Assembly (NCBI GenBank): GCA_965221125.1 | Contig: CBDCRW010000005.1 | Location: forward strand, 672,001 to 736,000 | DNA length: 64,000 nt | Reading direction: 5' to 3' | From: Alphaproteobacteria bacterium | GTDB taxonomy: Bacteria; Pseudomonadota; Alphaproteobacteria; UBA828 | Shown here: positions 35,754 through 46,434 of the stretch, piece after piece | Numbering within the stretch: the first letter of the stretch is position 1 | Layout: each line of letters starts with the position of its first letter | Translations under genes and position numbers: made by a program | Notes under the pieces: model-generated | What the model saw: only the letters and a program-made list of their open reading frames with translations | Told to the model about the DNA's origin: nothing | Database searches by the model: none

Positions 35754-37709
35754 ATGGCCCTCGACACCCTGTTCAGCCCCATCACGGTGGGCGGCCGCGA
35801 ACTGCGCAACCGCATCGTTCACGCCGCGACCGTCACCGGGCTCGGCCGGGACCGCGCCGTGACCGACCGCCTCATCGCCTACCACGCGGCGCGGGCGCGC
35901 GGCGGCACCGCGATGATCGTGACCGAGCTGATGAACGTCCATCCGACCAGCACCGGCGCGCCGATCCTGGTGAGCATCCACGACGAGGCCAATCTGGGTG
36001 GGCTCGCGCGCTGGGCCGAGGCGGTCGAGCGCCACGGCTGCCGGCTGGTGGGCCAGCTCGGCCATATCGGCCGCCAGCAGCTCTGGGGCCTCGATTCCGT
36101 GCCGCGCAGCGCGTCCTCGCAGCCGGAGGCGCTCTACTGGAACTCGGCCCGCCCGCTCGCCGAGGACGAGATCGCGGGCGTCGTCGCGGGCTATGCGGAG
36201 AGCGCGGAGCGGCTGAAGCGCGCGGGCTTCAGCGGGGTCGAGCTGCACGGGGCGCACGGCTACCTGATCGCGCAGTTCCTCTCGCCCGCCTGCAACGACC
36301 GGACGGACGGCTACGGCGGCAGCTTGGAGGGCCGCACCCGCTTCATGCGGGAAGCGATGGCGGCGGTCCGCGCAGCCTGCGGCGAGGACTTCATCGTCGG
36401 CATCAAGCTGCCGGCCGACGAGCGCGTGCCGGGCGGCATCGACCCGGACGAGGCCGAGCGCATCGCCCACGCGGCGGCGGCCGAAGGCGTGCTCGACTAC
36501 CTCTCCTTCAGCCAGGGCGCGTTCGGGCCCGCCTTCGACACCCACTTGCCGGACATGCACTACCCGCCCCGGCCCTTTCTGCCGCTCCACGCGCGGCTCC
36601 GCGCAGCCGCCGGCGGGCTCCCGGTGATCGGCCTTGGCCGGATCGAATCGGCGGAAGCGGCGGAGGCGGCGCTGGCCGAGGGCGCCTGCGACATGGTGGG
36701 CGTCAGCCGCCTGCTGATCTCGGACGCCGACTGGCCGCGCAAGACGCAGGCCGGCCGCGCCGGCGACGTCCGCGCCTGCACCTTCTGCAACTATTGCTGG
36801 GGCGAGATTCATGCAGGAAAACCCATCCGCTGCTTCCAGAACCCCGTGCTGGGCAGCGCCGACGAGTCCGGCTGGCGGCCGCCGCCGGCCGATGCGCGGA
36901 AACGCGTGGCCGTGGTGGGCGCCGGGCTCGCAGGGCTGGAGGCCGCGTGGATCGCGGCGGCGCGGGGCCACGCGGTCACCGTCTTCTCGGCCAGCGCCGA
37001 GGCCGGCGGCGCAGCGCGCCTCGAAGCCAGCCTGCCGGGCCGGGCCGACGTGGCGAAGACCGCCGCGTTCCAGTTGAGAAAGGCAGCGGAGGCCGGCGCC
37101 GCGTTCCGCTGGGGCGAGACCGCCACGGCGGCGGCCGTGATGGCCTGCGAGCCGGACGCGGTGATCCTCGCCACCGGCTCCCGCATGCGCCGGCCGCCGG
37201 CGCTGGCGGAGAGCGCCGAGGCCGTCGACTTGCGCAGCGCCGTCGCGGCTCTGGTCGAGAGCGATGCCCCGCCGTCGCCTGGCACGGCCGTGCTGCTCGA
37301 CATGGATCAGACGCCCGCCGTTTACGGCGCGGTGGAGCTGCTGGCGGAGCGCTTCGCCCGCGTCGTGCTGCTGACGCCTGCGCCGGAGAACGCCCGCTTC
37401 GTCAACCTGATGTCGCGCATGGGCGTGGAGCGCAGGCTGGCACTCCTCGGCATCGACGTGCGCCGGCTTACGGAGCCGGTGGCACGCGCAGGCGAGCGCG
37501 TCACCTGCCGCCACGTCATCACCGGCGCCGAGACGACGATCGAGGACGTTGCGCTGCTGACTTACGCCACGCCACGGGCTGCGCGGGACGACCTGGCTGA
37601 CGATCTCGCGGAGGCCGGGGTTCCGGTCACGCTGATCGGTGATTGCCTGCTGCCCCGCGACGCCGCCTCCGCCATCCACGACGGCCACCGCGCCGCGCTG
37701 GCGCTATAA
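35754..37709 (+). CDS. NADH:flavin oxidoreductase (OYE domain + Fe-S + FAD domain; DCR/TMADH-like)
   Basis: ELHGAHGYLIAQFLSP..N.RTDGYGGS, CTFCNYC...C cluster, VVGAGLAGLEAA, IGDC. Confidence 0.9.
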   Translation: MALDTLFSPITVGGRELRNRIVHAATVTGLGRDRAVTDRLIAYHAARARGGTAMIVTELMNVHPTSTGAPILVSIHDEANLGGLARWAEAVERHGCRLVGQLGHIGRQQLWGLDSVPRSASSQPEALYWNSARPLAEDEIAGVVAGYAESAERLKRAGFSGVELHGAHGYLIAQFLSPACNDRTDGYGGSLEGRTRFMREAMAAVRAACGEDFIVGIKLPADERVPGGIDPDEAERIAHAAAAEGVLDYLSFSQGAFGPAFDTHLPDMHYPPRPFLPLHARLRAAAGGLPVIGLGRIESAEAAEAALAEGACDMVGVSRLLISDADWPRKTQAGRAGDVRACTFCNYCWGEIHAGKPIRCFQNPVLGSADESGWRPPPADARKRVAVVGAGLAGLEAAWIAAARGHAVTVFSASAEAGGAARLEASLPGRADVAKTAAFQLRKAAEAGAAFRWGETATAAAVMACEPDAVILATGSRMRRPPALAESAEAVDLRSAVAALVESDAPPSPGTAVLLDMDQTPAVYGAVELLAERFARVVLLTPAPENARFVNLMSRMGVERRLALLGIDVRRLTEPVARAGERVTCRHVITGAETTIEDVALLTYATPRAARDDLADDLAEAGVPVTLIGDCLLPRDAASAIHDGHRAALAL

Positions 37710-37731
37710 GGTGGAGTGTGGAGAAACGCTT

Positions 37732-38376
37732 TCAGGAGATGTCTTCGAAGGTGAATGTAAACCCGTAACGCTTGAGCGCGACCATGGGTATCATGCGAGC
37801 AGCGTAAAGTGTTTTTTCCGTAAAGTCGCGAGCGATCAGCAATCCGCGGATATTTCCCGTTTCCTCTTCTTGCAGTGCGCCCATGTAGGCCGCCAGTTGG
37901 CTGACAGCCCTATCATTTGCCGTACCAGCCTTCAGTTCGATTACCCACCATGCGTCATTGGAATCGCGGGCAAGAATGTCTATCCGTCCAGTCGCGACCG
38001 ATCGCTCTGAACCGTTGTCTGCAATCCTCAGGCCCGGTGCAAGCTGACCCAAGTTATCGCGGAGCGAGCGCTGCAGGTCGGCTTCAAGTGAAAATCCATC
38101 TGTCTCCGGGGCGGTGTCCTCATTGAGTTCACCGCTTATCTCCTCATAATCGCCATTCTCGCGAAGGAATTCTCGATAGCGGTTCACGGCTGAGCGATGC
38201 CAACTCTTGAGACCGTCAGGCAGTGATCGGTCGGCATCGTGGGCAAGGTAGTCATCAAGATCCTCGCCGATCGCTCGTTCCGCAGTGCGTGCGTCTGACA
38301 GTTGGGTTGAGGCAGTACTCTTGTTTGGATAACGACTATACAAGTAGTTCCTAAAAGCTTGCTCCTGCACTGTCAT
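37732..38376 (-). CDS. Endonuclease NucS-like (DUF91) PD-(D/E)XK domain protein
   Basis: LEADLQ..L..NL..L.PGL, GRIDILARD, VIELKAG, AVSQLAAYM; RBS AGGAGG; visibly more A/T-rich than its neighbours. Confidence 0.78.
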   Translation of the reverse strand: MTVQEQAFRNYLYSRYPNKSTASTQLSDARTAERAIGEDLDDYLAHDADRSLPDGLKSWHRSAVNRYREFLRENGDYEEISGELNEDTAPETDGFSLEADLQRSLRDNLGQLAPGLRIADNGSERSVATGRIDILARDSNDAWWVIELKAGTANDRAVSQLAAYMGALQEEETGNIRGLLIARDFTEKTLYAARMIPMVALKRYGFTFTFEDIS

Positions 38377-38487
38377 AACCTCCTTGAGGCGGCAAACAAC
38401 GAGCACTCCGCGTATACCTGCAAATGCGAGCTTCGGGAAGAGTAGCGAGACTGTAACGAGCCGGCAGAGGAGCGAGTGTGACTGGTC

Positions 38488-39240
38488 CTAATCCGGAATC
38501 GCGTCCGCGCCGGGCAGGAGGGCGGCGAACTCGCGCTCGGCCGCCTTGGGGTCGCTCCGCATCAGCGCCTCGGTCTGGATCGAGTGATCGCCGATGCAAA
38601 CATCCTCCACACCCTGTTCCAGCGCCTCGCAGATGCCGTCCGCGACCGCCTCGGGTCGCTGCTTCTCGCCGTCGAAGCCCGCGAGCATCGGGGTGTCGGT
38701 CGAGCTCGGGAAGACGGCGAGCACGTGGGTGCCCTGGGCGGCAAGCTCGGCCCGCATGCACTGGGTCGCGGACCAGACGGCGGCCTTGCTCGCGGAGTAG
38801 GAGCCGCAGAAGGGCGCGCTCACCCGCGCCACCTCGGAGAGCACGTTGGCCATCGCGCCGCCGCCGTTCCGCGCCAGCACCGGGGCGAAGGCGCGGGCCA
38901 CGTGCAGGTAGCCCCAGTAGTTGATCTCGAACACGGTGCGCGCGGTGGAAAGCGTGGGCGCGCTCATCACGCCCTCCCAGGCGACGATGGCGGCGTTGTT
39001 GACCACCAGCGTGACGCCCGCGCATTGCTCCGCGGCGCGCTGGACCGCCGCCTCGTCGGTCACGTCGAGGGCAAGCGGTTCTGCGCCCGCGCCCTTCGGA
39101 AACGCAGCCTTCGCGAGCGGGCCGGCCAGGTCCGCCGCGTGGATGCGGCGCGCCCCGCGCCGTGCCAGCGCTGCCACCAGGCAGGCGCCGATGCCGCCGG
39201 CAGCGCCGGTGACGAAAGCCTCGCATCCATCGATACGCAT
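38488..39240 (-). CDS. Short-chain dehydrogenase/reductase
   Basis: VTGAAGGIG, VNNAA, YSASKAA. Confidence 0.9.
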   Translation of the reverse strand: MRIDGCEAFVTGAAGGIGACLVAALARRGARRIHAADLAGPLAKAAFPKGAGAEPLALDVTDEAAVQRAAEQCAGVTLVVNNAAIVAWEGVMSAPTLSTARTVFEINYWGYLHVARAFAPVLARNGGGAMANVLSEVARVSAPFCGSYSASKAAVWSATQCMRAELAAQGTHVLAVFPSSTDTPMLAGFDGEKQRPEAVADGICEALEQGVEDVCIGDHSIQTEALMRSDPKAAEREFAALLPGADAIPD

Positions 39241-39244
39241 GGGC

Positions 39245-40057
39245 TCAGTCGCTCTTGGAGGGGTCGCGGACATCGCTCTTCACCGTGGTGAGTTCCGTGT
39301 AGCTGAAGATGAGGCCGGCGGCGTCGAAGCCGCCGTCGACGTTGACGACGCTGCCGGTGAGATACGCCGCCTCGTCGCTGCTGAGAAAGAGCGCCGTGCC
39401 GGCGATGTCGCGGGCGTGGCCGAAGCGCTCCAGCGGGATGCGCTCGAGGTAGCGGCGCTCCTGGTCAGGCCCCATGCTGGTGATGCCGGTATCGATGGGG
39501 CCGGGCGCGATGGCGTTGACGGCGATGCCGCGCGGGCCGAGCTCCACCGCCATGATGCGCGTCATCTGGTGGATGCCCGCCTTGGTGACACCGTAGGCGG
39601 TCCGCCCGTAGCTGCCGCGCTGGCCCGAGATCGAGCCGATGTTGACGATCCGCCCGCCGCCGTTCGCCGCCATGATCCGCGCCGCCCCCTGCGCGCAGAG
39701 GAAGGCGCTGGTGAGGTTGTTGCGGAGCACGCGCTCCCAGTCCTCGAAGGAAAGCTCGAGGAAAGCGCCGTGATGGGCGATGCCGGCGTTGTTGATGAGG
39801 ATGTCGAGGCGCCCGCCGAAGCACTCTTCCGCGTGCTCGAACAGGTGCCCCGCGCCTTCGGGCAGGCCGAGGTCGGCGGTACACGGCGTCGCCTGTCCGC
39901 CGGTTGCACCGATCTCGTCCGCCGCATCGCGCGCCCGCTCGCCGTCGATATCGGCGAGCAGCACGTGCGCGCCCTCGGCGGCGAAACGGCGGCCGATCTC
40001 GCGGCCGATGCCCCGCCCGCCGCCGGTGACGATGGCGGCCTTGCCCTCCAGCTTCAT
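39245..40057 (-). CDS. Short-chain dehydrogenase/reductase (FabG-like)
   Basis: TGGGRGIG, INNAGI, YGVTKAG, VNAIAPG, VDGG. Confidence 0.92.
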   Translation of the reverse strand: MKLEGKAAIVTGGGRGIGREIGRRFAAEGAHVLLADIDGERARDAADEIGATGGQATPCTADLGLPEGAGHLFEHAEECFGGRLDILINNAGIAHHGAFLELSFEDWERVLRNNLTSAFLCAQGAARIMAANGGGRIVNIGSISGQRGSYGRTAYGVTKAGIHQMTRIMAVELGPRGIAVNAIAPGPIDTGITSMGPDQERRYLERIPLERFGHARDIAGTALFLSSDEAAYLTGSVVNVDGGFDAAGLIFSYTELTTVKSDVRDPSKSD

Positions 40058-40176
40058 CGCGTCCGATCCGTCCCGTTCACGGCCCGGCGTATCGGCTGGC
40101 GGGGCGCGGAGTCAACCCTCGCAGGCCCCAGGCCGCCGGGCTATCCTGCGCCGGCCATGATGGCGGGTACGGATAC

Positions 40177-40947
40177 ATGAGGCTCGAGGGCAAGACGGCC
40201 ATCGTCACGGGCGCAGGCTCCGGCATCGGCCGCGCCACGGCGCTACGCTTCGCCAGGGAAGGCGCGGCGGTGGCCTGCGCCGGGCTCAGCGCCGACGACA
40301 ACGTCGCCACCGTGCGCGCCATCGAGGCCGCGGGCGGCAGCGCCGTCGCCATCGAGGCGGACGTCATGCGGGACGACGACGTGGCGGGGATGGTCGGCGC
40401 CGCCATCGAGGCGCTCGGCCACGTCGATATCCTGGTCAACAACGCCGGCCAGGCGGTGATCGGAGCCGTCGAAGAGGTCGAGCGGGCGGACTGGGACCGC
40501 CAGATGGACGTCAACGTCACCAGCATCTACCGCGGCGCCAAGGCGGTGTGGGGCCACATGCGCGAGCGCGGCGGCGGCGCGATCCTGAACACCGCGTCGG
40601 TCGCCGGCCTCATCGGCACGCCGGGGCAGGTGGCCTACGCCACCTCCAAGGGCGCGGTGGTGATGCTGACGAAGTGCCTCGCTTTGGACGGCGCCAGGGA
40701 CCGGATCCGGGTCAACTGCGTCTGCCCCGGCTGGGTGCAGACGCCGATGGTCGACTATCACCTCTCCCAGCTCGACGATCCGCAAGCGTTCAAGGAGCGG
40801 CTGGCGCGCCTGCATCCGCTCGGCGTGGGCGATCCCGCCGATATCGCCGGGGGCTTCGTCTACCTCGCCTCGGACGAGGCGCGCTGGGTCACCGGCATCG
40901 CGCTCACCATCGACGGCGGCGTGAGCTGCGGGCTCGTGCCCGAGTGA
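40177..40947 (+). CDS. Short-chain dehydrogenase/reductase
   Basis: [31 protein letters not shown]. Confidence 0.92.
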   Translation: MRLEGKTAIVTGAGSGIGRATALRFAREGAAVACAGLSADDNVATVRAIEAAGGSAVAIEADVMRDDDVAGMVGAAIEALGHVDILVNNAGQAVIGAVEEVERADWDRQMDVNVTSIYRGAKAVWGHMRERGGGAILNTASVAGLIGTPGQVAYATSKGAVVMLTKCLALDGARDRIRVNCVCPGWVQTPMVDYHLSQLDDPQAFKERLARLHPLGVGDPADIAGGFVYLASDEARWVTGIALTIDGGVSCGLVPE

Positions 40948-40984
40948 CGGCCGGCGGCACGTCCAGCCACCGACGGAGGCAGGG

Positions 40985-42712
40985 ATGACGGAGAAGCCCG
41001 CCGGGCTCCGGCGCAAGCTCACGGACTACGGCGACCCCGGCTTCTCGCTCTTCCTGCGCAAGGCCTTCGCCAAGTCGATGGGCTACACCGAGGCGGAGCT
41101 CGACCGCCCGGTGATCGGCATCGCGAACGTGACGAGCGGCCTCGTGAGCTGCCACGGCACGGTGCCGGCCCTGATCGACGCCGCGGAGCGCGGGGTGACG
41201 GCCGCCGGCGGACTGCCGCTGACCTTCCCCACGATCTCGCTCGGCGAGCCCTTCATGCACCCGACGACCATGCTCTTCCGCAACCTGATGGCGATGGACA
41301 CGGAGGAGATGATCCGCGCCCATCCGCTGGATGCGGTGGTGCTGATCGGCGGCTGCGACAAGACCGTGCCGGCCCAGCTCATGGCGGCGGCGAGCGCGGG
41401 CGTGCCCGCGATCCAGCTGGTCACCGGGCCGATGCTGACGGGGAGCCACAGGGGCGAGCGGCTGGGCGCCTGCACCGACTGCCGCCGCTACTGGGGGGCG
41501 CACCGGGGCGGCCGGGTCGACGAGGACGAGATCGCCGAAGTCGGCGGCCGGCTCATGCCTTCCGCCGGCACCTGCATGGTGATGGGGACGGCCAGCACCA
41601 TGGCGTGCGCGGCCGAAGCGCTCGGCATGATGCTGCCGGGGAGCGCCGCGATCCCCGCCGTGCTCGCCGACCGCCAGCGGGTCGCGCGGGAAAGCGGGGC
41701 GCGGGCCGTGGCGATGGCCGCCGAGGGGCTCACGCCGGCGCGAATCCTCACGCCAGCCGCGTTCACCAACGCGCTCCGGGTGCTGCTCGCGGTCGGCGGC
41801 TCGACCAACGCGGTGATCCACCTCGCCGCCGTCGCCGGGCGCTGCGGCTTCGACCTCGACCTCGACCGGCTCGACCGGCTCAGCCGCGAGACTGCGGTGC
41901 TGGTCGACCTCAAGCCCTCCGGCCAGCACTACATGGAGGATCTGAACAAGGCCGGCGGGCTGATGCCGGTGCTGCGGGCGCTCGCCGATCAGCTCGATCT
42001 CGATTGTCTCACCGTGACCGGGCGGACGCTGGGCGAGGAAATCGCCATTGCGCCCGCGCCCTGGCCGCAGGACGTGGTGCGGGAGCCGGGCGATCCCATC
42101 TACCCCGAGGGCGGCATCGCGGTGCTGCGCGGCAACCTCGCGCCGGACGGCGCCATCATCAAGCAGTCGGCGGCGACGCCTGCGCTCTGCCGGCACGCCG
42201 GGCGCGCGGTGGTCTTCGAGTCCGTCGCCGACCTCACGGCGCGGATCGACGATCCCGCTCTGGACGTGACGCCCGACGACGTGCTGGTGCTGCGCAACGC
42301 GGGCCCCAAGGGCGCGCCGGGGATGCCGGAGGCCGGCTACATTCCGATCCCCCGCAAGCTCGCGACGGCGGGCGTGACCGACATGGTGCGGCTCTCGGAT
42401 GCGCGGATGAGCGGGACGGCCTTCGGCACCATCGTCCTCCACGCGGCGCCTGAAGCCGCCATCGGCGGGCCGCTCGCGCTGGTGGAGAACGGCGATCGGA
42501 TCGCGCTGGACGTGGAGGCGCGCACGCTCACGCTGGACGTGCCGCAGGCTGCGCTCGATGCGCGGCGCGCCGCGTGGCGGCCTCCGCCGCCGCCGGCCGG
42601 CGCCGAGCGCGGCTATCTCGCGCTCCACCTCGCCCACGTGGAACAGGCGGACCGCGGCTGCGATCTGGACATCCTCTCCGCCCCGCGCTCGGGAATTTCG
42701 GTGCCGGTCTGA
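40985..42712 (+). CDS. IlvD/Edd-family dehydratase (likely sugar-acid type)
   Basis: GGCDKTVPA, GTCMVMGTASTM, GGSTNAVIHL, GPKGAPGMPE, SDARMSGT. Confidence 0.92.
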   Translation: MTEKPAGLRRKLTDYGDPGFSLFLRKAFAKSMGYTEAELDRPVIGIANVTSGLVSCHGTVPALIDAAERGVTAAGGLPLTFPTISLGEPFMHPTTMLFRNLMAMDTEEMIRAHPLDAVVLIGGCDKTVPAQLMAAASAGVPAIQLVTGPMLTGSHRGERLGACTDCRRYWGAHRGGRVDEDEIAEVGGRLMPSAGTCMVMGTASTMACAAEALGMMLPGSAAIPAVLADRQRVARESGARAVAMAAEGLTPARILTPAAFTNALRVLLAVGGSTNAVIHLAAVAGRCGFDLDLDRLDRLSRETAVLVDLKPSGQHYMEDLNKAGGLMPVLRALADQLDLDCLTVTGRTLGEEIAIAPAPWPQDVVREPGDPIYPEGGIAVLRGNLAPDGAIIKQSAATPALCRHAGRAVVFESVADLTARIDDPALDVTPDDVLVLRNAGPKGAPGMPEAGYIPIPRKLATAGVTDMVRLSDARMSGTAFGTIVLHAAPEAAIGGPLALVENGDRIALDVEARTLTLDVPQAALDARRAAWRPPPPPAGAERGYLALHLAHVEQADRGCDLDILSAPRSGISVPV

Positions 42713-43350
42713 GGCTGGACCGTTTCCGTCCTGCGCGGAAACGCTCTGAGCATTTCTCGCTCACGGCCTGTCGCGCGCTTTTGATTCCGCGCGCCCGTGG
42801 GCGCGACCGTGCATGTCGGAGGCGCTCCAACCCCGCACCATGGTGCTTTCTCCGCCCGGACATTCGCTACACCGGGTCTGGCCAGCGGAGTGTGCTATAA
42901 TATTGCGTTATATCAGTAGGTTGAAGAACTCCCCCGACGGGCGCTGTCGCATTGGCCCAAATCCCAGGTACCGCATAGGCGCAATCAGGAATCGCATTCC
43001 TGCGTGCACGATTCACCAACTCAGCAGGATTCCTGCTACGATATTTCCGATTATCGAAATCTCACTCTGCCCCGACACAGCCCGCGTGACTGTCCGAGAG
43101 ACCGTGCCGATCCGGACAACCACGGGTGGCGAACGGCCGCGAAGCGCAGAGATCCTTCATTTCAGACGCCAAGCTCAGCCGCGGGCCGCTCGGCTCCACG
43201 GCCTCTTGGAACGGGTTACCCTCTTCGCATGACTGTGCGCCAGGCGTTCGAATCCCGCCAACGGCGCCTCGTGCTCCTGCCGCTGGTTGGGGTCCCTGCG
43301 GACCGAGCGCACGCGTGCCTCCCGACGGCATTTCTCCTTCGCCCATCGCT

Positions 43351-45828
43351 TCAGAACCGCATGTTGAGGGTGACGAAGAAGGTCCGTCCCCAGCCTGCTG
43401 CGGTGGGTCCGTCGGTCGCGGAGGGGTTCGCGGTGTTGGTGGAGAGCTTCGCGTCGGTGACGTTGTACACACCCGCGGTCACCCGCGTGCTTTCGAGCCC
43501 CAGCGGCGCTCTCCAATCGAGCGTCAGGTCGTGGCCGATCCAGGACTTGAACCGTCCATCGCCCTGCCGGTTCTCGATCTCGTCGCGGTAGTTGACGGCC
43601 CAGAAGGCGGTAAGGTCGCCGCGCCCGGCCGAGGTCACGATGCGCACGGCGTTGCGCGGGAGCGGGTACGGCTGCTCGTCGCCTGCGATGCGCTCCTCGC
43701 TGCTGGCCACGTAGCGCCAGAATCCGCGCAATGCGACGAAGCCCCAGCCGGTCTCCGCGCGGGCCCCGAACCGGGTGTTGAGCCCCGAGATATCGATCTC
43801 GACGATGTTCGCGAAGCTGTCGTGGATGGTGATGTCTCCGGCCGCGCGCTCGATACAGCCGGCGCCGCCGCCCGGCGGGCACTCGGGATGGTTCAGCATC
43901 GCCCAGTCGGCGTCGTGCTGTCCCGGCAGATCAGAGGTCGTGAGCGAGTACCAGTCGGCGACGAGGTAGAACGGCCCGCTGCGGGCCTCGGCGCCGAGGG
44001 AGCGCCTCTGCGAGCGCGACGGGTCGAGCTCGGGGTTGCCGCTCGTGCGGCGCTCCACCTGCCGGTAATTCGACGTGTCGCATGTGCGCGGCGGCGGCCC
44101 GCTCTCGGGGACGCAACGGACATAGGGGTAGTCCTGCGCCGCTGTGCTGTGCAGGTGGTGCATCGAGGGCGCCTCGTCGCCCGCGCTCCACGAGCCGCGC
44201 AGCGCCACGATGTCGCTCGGGCGCCACTCGGCCCCGAGGCGCCAAGCGCGCAGACCGCCGACGTCGTCGTACTCGTCGGCCCGTGCCGCCGCTCTCACGT
44301 CCACGCTGTCGCCGATGGGCAGGGACAGCTCGGAAAATACACCCGCCTCAATGCGCTCGCCGGCGTAGCTGGTGCCGCCCGATCCGAGCACCCCGCTCAC
44401 GTCGCGGGTCCCGCCGTCGCGCGCCCGGAACGAGAGCTGCCGGTGGGCCTCCACGTCGGCGAGTTCGACCCCCGCGGTCCATGCCGAGGCACGCCCGCCG
44501 ATGCCCGGACCCGCCCCCTCGAGCGCGAGACGCGCGCCCTGGTACCTCCCGCCGAAGTCTTCTTCCTCGTGCAGGCTGCTCCTCTCAATCGCTCTCAGGT
44601 GGTCCGGTTCCACCGACAACGGATTGGTCAGGTCGTACCTTCCGGCCTCGATCTCCTGCCTGATGATCTCGGCGTCCACGAAGGTATCGCCTCTCAACGA
44701 GCCGTCGCGGTTCCAGGCGCTGATCTCGGCGTCGTAGCCCAGGCCGTCAGCGAGACGGCCCTCAATGCTTGCCGAGACATCGTACTCTTCGATGCTCGTC
44801 CTCCAGTCACGGTTTCCATGGCCGATGAAGCGGTGCCCAACCGAGAAGACGTCCTCTCCCGTCGCCTCGAACGCCGGGTCGGCCTCGCGCGCCGACGCGT
44901 TGATATCGTCGAGCAGGCTCTCGCTCGGGGTGACGGAGAAAACATCGATCGACGGTGCGTAGCGGAACGCCCAGCGTTCTTGCGTGACGTTTGCGTCCAC
45001 GTGGAGCTCGGCGCTCTCCCCAAGCGGGTGGTCGAGGTTCAGGATGGTATTCTCCTGGCCGTAGCTCCCCCTGTCCCACCAGAAGTCGCCGTAGGCGAAC
45101 CCGCAGCCCTTGTCGCCGGAGTCGATCCCCGGCGGGTTGCTGAGCGGGCCGGTGTAGCCGTGCGCCGGGTCGCACGCACCGAGCGGCACGGATCTCAGCT
45201 CGCCCGTGCTCGTGTCGAAGACGTAGACGGTGTTGCCGCCGACGCTCACGTTCCTCGCCTCGGCGAAGCTCCCGCCTTCCTCCCACTCGGAGCGGCTGTG
45301 CTCGCGTGTGTGGCCGGCGATCTCCTCGCGGTCAAGAACGTCGACGCCGAGGGCCATGTAACCGCCGGCGCCGATTTCGCCGCCCCACACGACGCTTCCC
45401 TGGCGCGCATCGCCGCCGTCGCGGCTCGGCAACCGAGCTACGGTGCGCACGTCGAAGCCGTCCAGGTCCTTCCTCAGCACGAGGTTGAACGCGCCACGCA
45501 CCGCGGCGTGGCCGCCGATCGTCCCCAGGCTCTCGCCTCTCAGCACCTCGATGCGCTCGACCGCCGAAAGCGGGAGGGAGTCCAGATCGTGCGCGGTCGT
45601 TGCGTAGGGTCGCCCGTTCACCATGACGAGCAGGTTGCGCCCTCCGGTGAAGAAGTAGCGGATGATGCCCGTGTCGAGCATCTCGCCGAACGTCTGGGCG
45701 CCGGAGCGCTCGATGAAGCTGCGGTCGTATTCGGCGACGATCTGCGGGCCCGGCGCCAGCGCGCCGGCACGGACTTCACCGGCCGCGAGAATGGCAGCCA
45801 CGGCGAGCGCTGCGAGGACTATTCTCAT
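43351..45828 (-). CDS. TonB-dependent outer-membrane receptor
   Basis: Signal peptide, plug motif LVMVNGR...DLDSLPLSAVERIEVLR, GNPELDP, GVYNVTD, C-terminal GRTFFVTLNMRF. Confidence 0.88.
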   Translation of the reverse strand: MRIVLAALAVAAILAAGEVRAGALAPGPQIVAEYDRSFIERSGAQTFGEMLDTGIIRYFFTGGRNLLVMVNGRPYATTAHDLDSLPLSAVERIEVLRGESLGTIGGHAAVRGAFNLVLRKDLDGFDVRTVARLPSRDGGDARQGSVVWGGEIGAGGYMALGVDVLDREEIAGHTREHSRSEWEEGGSFAEARNVSVGGNTVYVFDTSTGELRSVPLGACDPAHGYTGPLSNPPGIDSGDKGCGFAYGDFWWDRGSYGQENTILNLDHPLGESAELHVDANVTQERWAFRYAPSIDVFSVTPSESLLDDINASAREADPAFEATGEDVFSVGHRFIGHGNRDWRTSIEEYDVSASIEGRLADGLGYDAEISAWNRDGSLRGDTFVDAEIIRQEIEAGRYDLTNPLSVEPDHLRAIERSSLHEEEDFGGRYQGARLALEGAGPGIGGRASAWTAGVELADVEAHRQLSFRARDGGTRDVSGVLGSGGTSYAGERIEAGVFSELSLPIGDSVDVRAAARADEYDDVGGLRAWRLGAEWRPSDIVALRGSWSAGDEAPSMHHLHSTAAQDYPYVRCVPESGPPPRTCDTSNYRQVERRTSGNPELDPSRSQRRSLGAEARSGPFYLVADWYSLTTSDLPGQHDADWAMLNHPECPPGGGAGCIERAAGDITIHDSFANIVEIDISGLNTRFGARAETGWGFVALRGFWRYVASSEERIAGDEQPYPLPRNAVRIVTSAGRGDLTAFWAVNYRDEIENRQGDGRFKSWIGHDLTLDWRAPLGLESTRVTAGVYNVTDAKLSTNTANPSATDGPTAAGWGRTFFVTLNMRF

Positions 45829-46434
45829 CGTAGGATCACCCATTCGCTAGTGGATGCAGGCATTCTCCTCCGCGCCGGTCGCACGTCGGCGCGGAGCGTG
45901 CGGAGCCAAGTTTACTCGACCGGCACGGGCGACGCTTTCCTCGCATTTGCCGCAGGCGCAATTTGGACGCACGGTGACGTTGACCAGAAGCTGCGCCGGG
46001 ACGATGTGCAGCCGCGCGGCGCGGCGCTCGGCGATTCTCGTCATCTCACGGCACCCGGTCCTTCCAAGGCCCGCATCGTCGATTTGCCGGGTGACGCCGA
46101 GGCTTGGCGGACCCGCAGGGTGCCGACGGACAAAGCCGAACAGGTATCAAGTGAACCGCACCGTCGATTGTCGCTCATGCGGTCACCCGGTCCGGCACGC
46201 TCCCTCCGGCAAGGACGCGGCGACCCGAGACATGACCACTTCCGCTCCCCGCAAGGCCACCGCACTCAAGGAAGCGATGACCAAGATGCCGTAATGGGGC
46301 TCGGCGCCAATCGGCACCATCGGAGCCTGTCCCGATGACGACGAATCGGGTGTCGTTGCCCTTGCACGCTCAGCGTGCTCACGGGGTCTTGCCGGAAGGC
46401 GCGCCCCAATCCTTCGAGAGGAAAGGGCAACGAC

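Noticed and set aside
42825-42846. CCCCGCACCA as a tRNA 3' end or att site at the island border
   Set aside because: It is too short, forms part of a GCACCATGGTGC palindrome, and has no second copy or integrase in the window.
43240-43262. tRNA-like GTTCGAATCCC motif
   Set aside because: No pairing T-stem, acceptor stem or cloverleaf can be built around it.
34034-46338. Very long alternative-frame ORFs (e.g. 34034..37600 +, 43126..46338 +)
   Set aside because: These are shadow ORFs typical of high-GC DNA. They overlap well-supported genes and carry no motifs.
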